Below are positions 56,901 through 64,000 of a stretch of DNA of 64,000 bases, piece by piece (the first letter of the stretch is position 1; every line of letters begins with the position of its first letter). The translations under genes were made by a program, and so were the position numbers. Under the pieces are notes generated by a model. That model was not told the origin of the DNA, searched no databases, and saw nothing but the letters and a program-made list of their open reading frames with translations. The stretch lies in NCBI RefSeq assembly GCF_009914755.1, contig NC_060946.1. The stretch is one strand, 5' to 3'. This DNA is from the human T2T-CHM13v2.0 reference genome, Homo sapiens.

Positions 56901-59900
56901 GCACTGATCAACCAGGTGATATAACTCTTGTCTAGGCCCTGCCTACAGGGGGCTTGTGACATATCTCTGCACTGATCACCCAGGTGATATAACTCTTCTC
57001 TAGGATCTGCCTACAGGGTGCTTTGCGACATATCCCTGCAATGATCACCCAGGTGATCTAACTCTTGTTTAAGCTCTGCCTAAAGGGGCCTTGTGACAGA
57101 TCTCTGTACTGATCACTCAGGTGATGTAAGTATTGTCTAGGCTCTGCTTAAAGGGGCCTTGTCACATACCTCTGCACTGATCACCCAGGTGATGTAACTC
57201 TTGTCTAGCCTCTGCTTTCATGGCATATTGTGACATATCTATGTGCTGATCACCTTAGTGATGTAACACTTGTGTAGGCTCGGCCAACAGGGGAATATTG
57301 ACATATCTCTGCACTGTTAACCGATGTGATTTAACTCTTGTCTAGGCTGTGCCCACAGGGGGATTGAGACATGTCTCTGCACTGATCCCGAGGTGATCCA
57401 ACTGTTGCCTGGTCTCTGCCTACTGGGGACATTGTGACATATCTCTGCACTGATCTCCCAGGTGCTGTAACTTTAGTCTAGGCTCTGGTTACACGGCATT
57501 GTGACATATCACTGCACTGATCACCCAGGTGATATAAATCTTGTCTAGGCTCTGCCTGCAATGGCCTTGTGACATATCTCTTTACTGATCACCCACGTGA
57601 TATAACTCTTCTCTAGGATCTGACCACAGGGTGCTTTGTGGCATTTCCCTGCAATGATCACCCAGGTGATATACCACTTGCCAAGGCTCTGCCTACAGGG
57701 GCATTGCAATGTATCTCTGCACTGATCACCTCGGTCTTGTAACTCTTTTCTAGGATCTGCCCACAGGGTGCCTTGTGACGTATCCCAGCAAGGATTACCC
57801 AGGTGATGTACCTCTCAACAAGGCTCTGCCTACAGGCACATTGCGATGTATCTCTGCACTGATCACCTAGGTCATGTAACTTTTGTCTAGGCTCTGCCTA
57901 CGATGGCATTGTGACATATCTCTGCACTAATCATCCAAGTGATGTAACCCTTGTCTAGGATCTGCCTAAATTAACTTTGTGACATAACCCTGTACTGATC
58001 ATCCAGGTGATGGGGCTTTTGTCTAGGCTCTGCCTAAGGGGGCACTGTGACATATTTCTGCATTGATCACCCAGGTGGCGAACTCTTCTCTTGGATCTGC
58101 CTATGGGGGCATTGTGACAAATCTCTGCACTGATCACCCAGGTGATGTAACTGTTGTGTAACCTCTGCCTACAGGGGAATTGGCAGAGATCTCGCCACTG
58201 ATCACCCAAGTGATGTAACCATTGTCTAGGCTTTGCGTACAGGGGGCTTTGTGACATACCTTTGCACTGATCACCCAGGTGATGTAACACATCTAAGTTC
58301 GGCCTAAAGGAGCTTTGTGACATATCTGTGCACTGATCACTTAGGTGATGGAACACTTTTATAAGCACTGCCTACAGGGAATTTTGAGAAATCTCTGCAC
58401 TGATCACCTAGGTGATGTAACGCTTGTCTACCCTGTGTCCAACGGGGCATTGTGAAATATCTCTGCACTGATCACCCAGGTGATTCAACTATTGACTAGG
58501 ATCTGCCTACAGAGGTTATTGTGAAATATCTCTGCACTGATAAACTAGGTGGTGTAATCCTTATCGAAGCTCTGCCTACAGGGGCGTTTTCACATATCCC
58601 TGAAGTGATGACAAAGGTGATGTAACTCTTGCCTAGGCTTTGCCTACAGGGGACATAGGACATATATCTGCACTGATCACCCAGGTGATGCAACTCTAGC
58701 CTAGGCTTTGCCTACAGGGGACATTGTGACATATCGCTTCAATGATCACCCATGTGATGCAACTCTTGCCTAGGCTTTGCCTACAGGGGACATTGTGACA
58801 TATCTGTGCACTGATCTCCCAGGTGCTGTAACATTAGTCTAGACTCTGGCTACACGGCATTGTGACATATCACTGCACTGATCAACCAGGTGATATAACT
58901 CTTGTCTAGGCCCTGCCTACATGGGGCTTGTGACATATCTCTGCACTGATCACCCAGGTGATATAACTCTTCTCTAGGATCTGCCTACAGGGTGCTTTGT
59001 GACATATCCCTGCAATGATCACCCAGGTGATCTAACTCTTGTTTAAGCTCTGCCTAAAGGGGCCTTGTGACAGATCTCTGTACTGATCACTCAGGTGATG
59101 TAACTATTGTCTAGGCTCTGCTTAAAGGGGCCTTGTCACATACCTCTGCACTGATCACCCAGGTGATGTAACTCTTGTCTAGCCTCTGCTTTCACGGCAT
59201 ATTGTGACATATCTATGCGCTGATCACCTTAGTGATGTAACACTTGTGTAGGCTCGGCCTACAGGGGAATATTGACATATCTCTGCACTGTTAACCGAGG
59301 TGATTTAACTCTTGTCTAGGCTGTGCCCACAGGGGGATTGAGACATGTCTCTGCACTGATCCCGAGGTGATCCAACTGTTGCCTGGTCTTTGCCTACTGG
59401 GGACATTGTGACATATCTCTGCACTGATCTCCCAGGTGCTGTAACTTTAGTCTAGGCTCTGGCTACACGGCATTGTGACATATCACTGCACTGATCACCC
59501 AGGTGATATAGATCTTGTCTAGGCTCTGCCTACAATGGCCTTGTGACATATCTCTACACTGATCACCCAGGTGATATAACTCTTCTCTAGGATCTGACCA
59601 CAGGGTGCTTTGTGGCATTTCCCTGCAATGATCACCCAGGTGATATACCACTTGCCAAGGCTCTGCCTACAGGGGCATTGCAATGTATCTCTGCACTGAT
59701 CACCACGGTCTTGTAACTCTTTTCTAGGATCTGCCCGCAGGGTGCCTTGTGACGTATCCCAGCAAGGATTACCCAGGTGATGTACCTCTCATCAAGGCTC
59801 TGCCTACAGGCACATTGCGATGTATCTCTGCACTGATCACCTAGGTCATGTAACTTTTGTCTAGGCTCTGCCTACGATGGCATTGTGACATATCTCTGCA

Positions 59901-62900
59901 CTAATCAACCAAGTGATGTAAACCTTGTCTAGGATTTGCCTAAATGAACTTTGTGACCTAACCCTGTACTGATCATCCAGGTGATGGGACTTTTGTCTAG
60001 GCTCTGCCTAAGGGGGCATTGTGACATATTTCTGCATTGATCACCCAGGTGGCGAACTCTTCTCTTGGATCTGCCTATGGGGGCATTGTGACAAATCTCT
60101 GCACTGATCACCCAGGTGATGTAACTGTTGTGTAACCTCTGCCTACAGGGGAATTGTGAGAGATCTCGCCACTGATCACCCAAGTGATGTAACCATTGTC
60201 TAGGCTTTGCGTACAGGGGGCTTTGTGACATACCTTTGCACTGATCACCCAGGTGATGTAACACATCTAAGTTCGGCCTAAAGGAGCTTTGTGACATATC
60301 TGTGCACTGATCACTTAGGTGATGGAACACTTTTATAAGCACTGCCTATAGGGAATTTTGACAAATCTCTGCACTGATCACCTAGGTGATGTAACGCTTG
60401 TCTACCCTCTGTCCAACGGGGCATTGTGAAATATCTCTGCACTGATCACCCAGGTGATTCAACTCTTGACTAGGATCTGCCTATAGAGGTTATTGTGAAA
60501 TATCTCTGCACTGATAAACTAGGTTGTGTAATCCTTATCGAAGCTCTGCCTACAGGGGCGTTTTCACATATCCCTGAAGTGATGACAAAGGTGATGTAAC
60601 TCTTGCCTAGGCTTTGCCTACAGGGGACATAGGACATATATCTGCACTGATCACCCAGGTGATGCAACTCTAGCCTAGGCTTTGCCTACAGGGGACATTG
60701 TGACATATCGCTTCAATGATCACCCATGTGATGCAACTCTTGCCTAGGCTTTGCCTACAGGGGACATTGTGACATATCTCTGCACTGATCTCCCAGGTGC
60801 TGTAACATTCGTCTAGACTCTGTCTACACGGCATTGTGACATATCACTGCACTGATCAACCAGGTGATATAACTCTTGTCTAGGCCCTGCCTACAGGGGG
60901 CTTGTGACATATCTCTGCACTGATCACCCAGGTGATATAACTCTTCTCTGGGATCTGCCTACAGGGTGCTTTGCGACATATCCCTGCAATGATCACCCAG
61001 GTGATCTAACTCTTGTTTAAGCTCTGCCTAAAGGGGCCTTGTGACAGATCTCTGCACTGATCACTCAGGTGATGTAACTCTTGTCTAGCCTCTGCTTAAA
61101 GGGGCCTTGTCACATACCTCTGCACTGATCACCCAGGTGATGTAACTCTTGTCTAGCCTCTGCTTTCACGGCATATTGTGACATATCTATGCGCTGATCA
61201 CCTTAGTGATGTAACACTTGTGTAGGCTCGGCCTACAAGGGAATATTGACATATCTCTGCACTGTTAACCGATGTGATTTAACTCTTGTCTAGGCTGTGC
61301 CCACAGGGGGATTGAGACATGTCTCTGCACTGATCCCGAGGTGATCCAACTGTTGCCTGGTCTCTGCCTACTGGGGACATTGTGACATATCTCTGCACTC
61401 ATCTCCCAGGTGCTGTAACTTTAGTCTAGGCTCTGGCTACACGGCATTGTGACATATCACTGCACTGATCACCCAGGTGATATAAATCTTGTCTAGGCTC
61501 TGCCTACAATGGCCTTGTGACATATCTCTGCCCTGATCACCCAGGTGATATAACTCTTCTCTAGGATCTGACCACAGGGTGCTTTGTGGCATTTCCCTGC
61601 AATGATCACCCAGGTGATATACCACTTGCCAAGGCTCTGCCTACAGGGGCATTGCAATGTATCTCTGCACTGATCACCTCGGTCTTGTAACTCTTTTCTA
61701 GGATCTGCCCACAGGGTGCCTTGTGACGTATCCTAGCAAGGATTACCCAGGTGATGTACCTCTCATCAAGGCTCTGCCTACAGGCACATTGCGATGTATC
61801 TCTGCACTGATCACCTAGGTCATGTAACTTTTGTCTAGGCTCTGCCTACGATGGCATTGTGACATATCTCTGCACTAATCATCCAAGTGATGTAACACTT
61901 GTCTAGGATCTGCCTAAATTAACTTTGTGACAGAACCCTGTACTGATCATCCAGGTGATGGGGCTTTTGTCTAGGCTCTGCCTAAGGGGGCATTGTGACA
62001 TATTTCTGCATTGATCACCCAGGTGGCGAACTCTTCTCTTGGATCTGCCTATGGGGGCATTGTGACAAATCTCTGCACTGATCACCCAGGTGATGTAACT
62101 GTTGTGTAACCTCTGCCTACAGGGGAATTGTGAGAGATCTCGCCACTGATCACCCAAGTGATGTAACCATTGTCTAGGCTTTGCGTACAGGGGGCTTTGT
62201 GACATACCTTTGCACTGATCACCCAGGTGATGTAACTGTTGTGTAACCTCTGCCTACAGGGGAATTGTGAGAGATCTCGCCACTGATCACCCAAGTGATG
62301 TAACCATTGTCTAGGCTTTGCGTACAGGGGGCTTTGTGACATACCTTTGCACTGATCACCCAGGTGATGTAACACATCTAAGTTCGGCCTAAAGGAGCTT
62401 TGTGACATATCTGTGCACTGATCACTTAGGTGATGGAACACTTTTATAAGCACTGCCTACAGGGAATTTTGACAAATCTCTGCACTGATCACCTAGGTGA
62501 TGTAACGCTTGTCTACCCTCTGTCCAACGGAGCATTGTGAAATATCTCTGCACTGATCACCCAGGTGATTCAACTCTTGACTAGGATCTGCCTACAGAGG
62601 TTATTGTGAAATATCTCTGCACTGATAAACTAGGTGGTGTAATCCTTATCGAAGCTCTGCCTACAGGGGCGTTTTCACATATCCCTGAAGTGATGACAAA
62701 GGTGATGTAACTCTTGCCTAGGCTTTGCCTACAGGGGACATAGGACATATATCTGCACTGATCACCCAGGTGATGCAACTCTAGCCTAGGCTTTGCCTAC
62801 AGGGGACATTGTGACATATCGCTTCAATGATCACCCATGTGATGCAACTCTTGCCTAGGCTTTGCCTACAGGGGACATTGTGACATATCTCTGCACTGAT

Positions 62901-64000
62901 CTCCCAGGTGCTGTAACATTAGTCTAGACTCTGGATACACGGCATTGTGACATATCACTGCACTGATCAACCAGGTGATATAACTCTTGTCTAGGCCCTG
63001 CCTACAGGGGGCTTGTGACATATCTCTGCACTGATCACTCAGGTGATATAACTCTTCTCTAGGATCTGCCTACAGGGTGCTTTGCGACATATCCCTGCAA
63101 TGATCACCCAGGTGATCTAACTCTTGTTTAAGCTCTGCCTAAAGGGGCCTTGTGACAGATCTCTGCACTGATCACTCAGGTGATGTAACTATTGTCTAGG
63201 CTCTGCTTAAAGGGGCCTTGTCACATACCTCTGCACTGATCACCCAGGTGATGTAACTCTTGTCTAGCCTCTGCTTTCACGGCATATTGTGACATATCTA
63301 TGCGCTGATCACCTTAGTGATGTAACACTTGTGTAGGCTCGGCCTACAGGGGAATATTGACATATCTCTGCACTGTTAACCGAGGTGATTTAACTCTTGT
63401 CTAGGCTGTGCCCACAGGGGGATTGAGACATGTCTCTGCACTGATCCCGAGGTGATCCAACTGTTGCCTGGTCTCTGCCTACTGGGGACATTGTGACATA
63501 TCTCTGCACTGATTTCCCAGGTGCTGTAACTTTAGTCTAGGCTCTGGTTACACGGCATTGTGACATATCACTGCACTGATCACCCAGGTGATATAAATCT
63601 TGTCTAGGCTCTGCCTACAATGGCCTTGTGACATATCTCTGCACTGATCACCCAGGTGATATAACTCTTCTCTAGGATCTGACCACAGGGTGCTTTGTGG
63701 CATTTCCCTGCAATGATCACCCAGGTGATATACCACTTGCCAAGGCTCTGCCTACAGGGGCATTGCAATGTATCTCTGCACTGATCACCTCGGTCTTGTA
63801 ACTCTTTTCTAGGATCTGCCCACAGGGTGCCTTGTGACGTATCCCAGCAAGGATTACCCATGTGATGTACCTCTCATCAAGGCTCTGCCTACAGGCACAT
63901 GGCGATGTATCTCTGCACTGATCACCTAGGTCATGTAACTTTTGTCTAGGCTCTGCCTACGATGGCATTGTGACATATCTCTGCACTAATCATCCAAGTG
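47946..64000. repeat. Beta-satellite HOR subtype B, unit 1974 bp (29 monomers), highly regular
   Basis: The same marker monomer starts at 48154, 50059, 52033, 54007, 55981, 57955, 59929 and 61903 (1974 bp spacing from 50059). Diagnostic variants: GATGGAACACTTTT, TAATCCTTATCGAAG, GGACATAGGAC, CTTTCACGGC, GTGGCATTTCCC, CACCTCGGTC. Confidence 0.95.

Noticed and set aside
8723-64000. CRISPR-like look (palindromic conserved core with more variable intervening sequence)
   Set aside because: The intervening segments are homologous to each other rather than unique spacers, there are no cas genes, and the context is primate satellite.

Overview
Eukaryotic (human or great-ape type) heterochromatic DNA, not prokaryotic. 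About 96% of the window is 68-69 bp beta-satellite (Sau3A/BSR family), all in one orientation. One GC-rich island (~5960-8722) interrupts it: a single truncated D4Z4/LSau-type unit carrying a minus-strand DUX4-like double-homeobox pseudogene (ATG 7929, stop 6662) with three nonsense codons and one frameshift. The unit retains its promoter, exon 2 and a pLAM/exon 3-like end. The satellite is layered. Bases 1-18.85 kb are older, diverged copies of a ~4.7-4.9 kb monomer succession; the period is ~7.6-7.7 kb where the DUX unit is included. Bases 18.85-47.9 kb are a length-variable higher-order repeat (HOR, mode 2042 bp, 30 monomers). Bases 47.95-64 kb are a second, more regular HOR subtype (1974 bp, 29 monomers). 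All satellite ORFs in the track are artefacts. I see no new protein-coding system. The most interesting signals are the satellite origin of the DUX4 poly(A)-signal position, a promoter-derived exon 3, a DUX-empty sister unit, and a readable history of HOR birth and turnover. Comparisons with DUX4/D4Z4 rely on my recollection of those sequences and were not computed.
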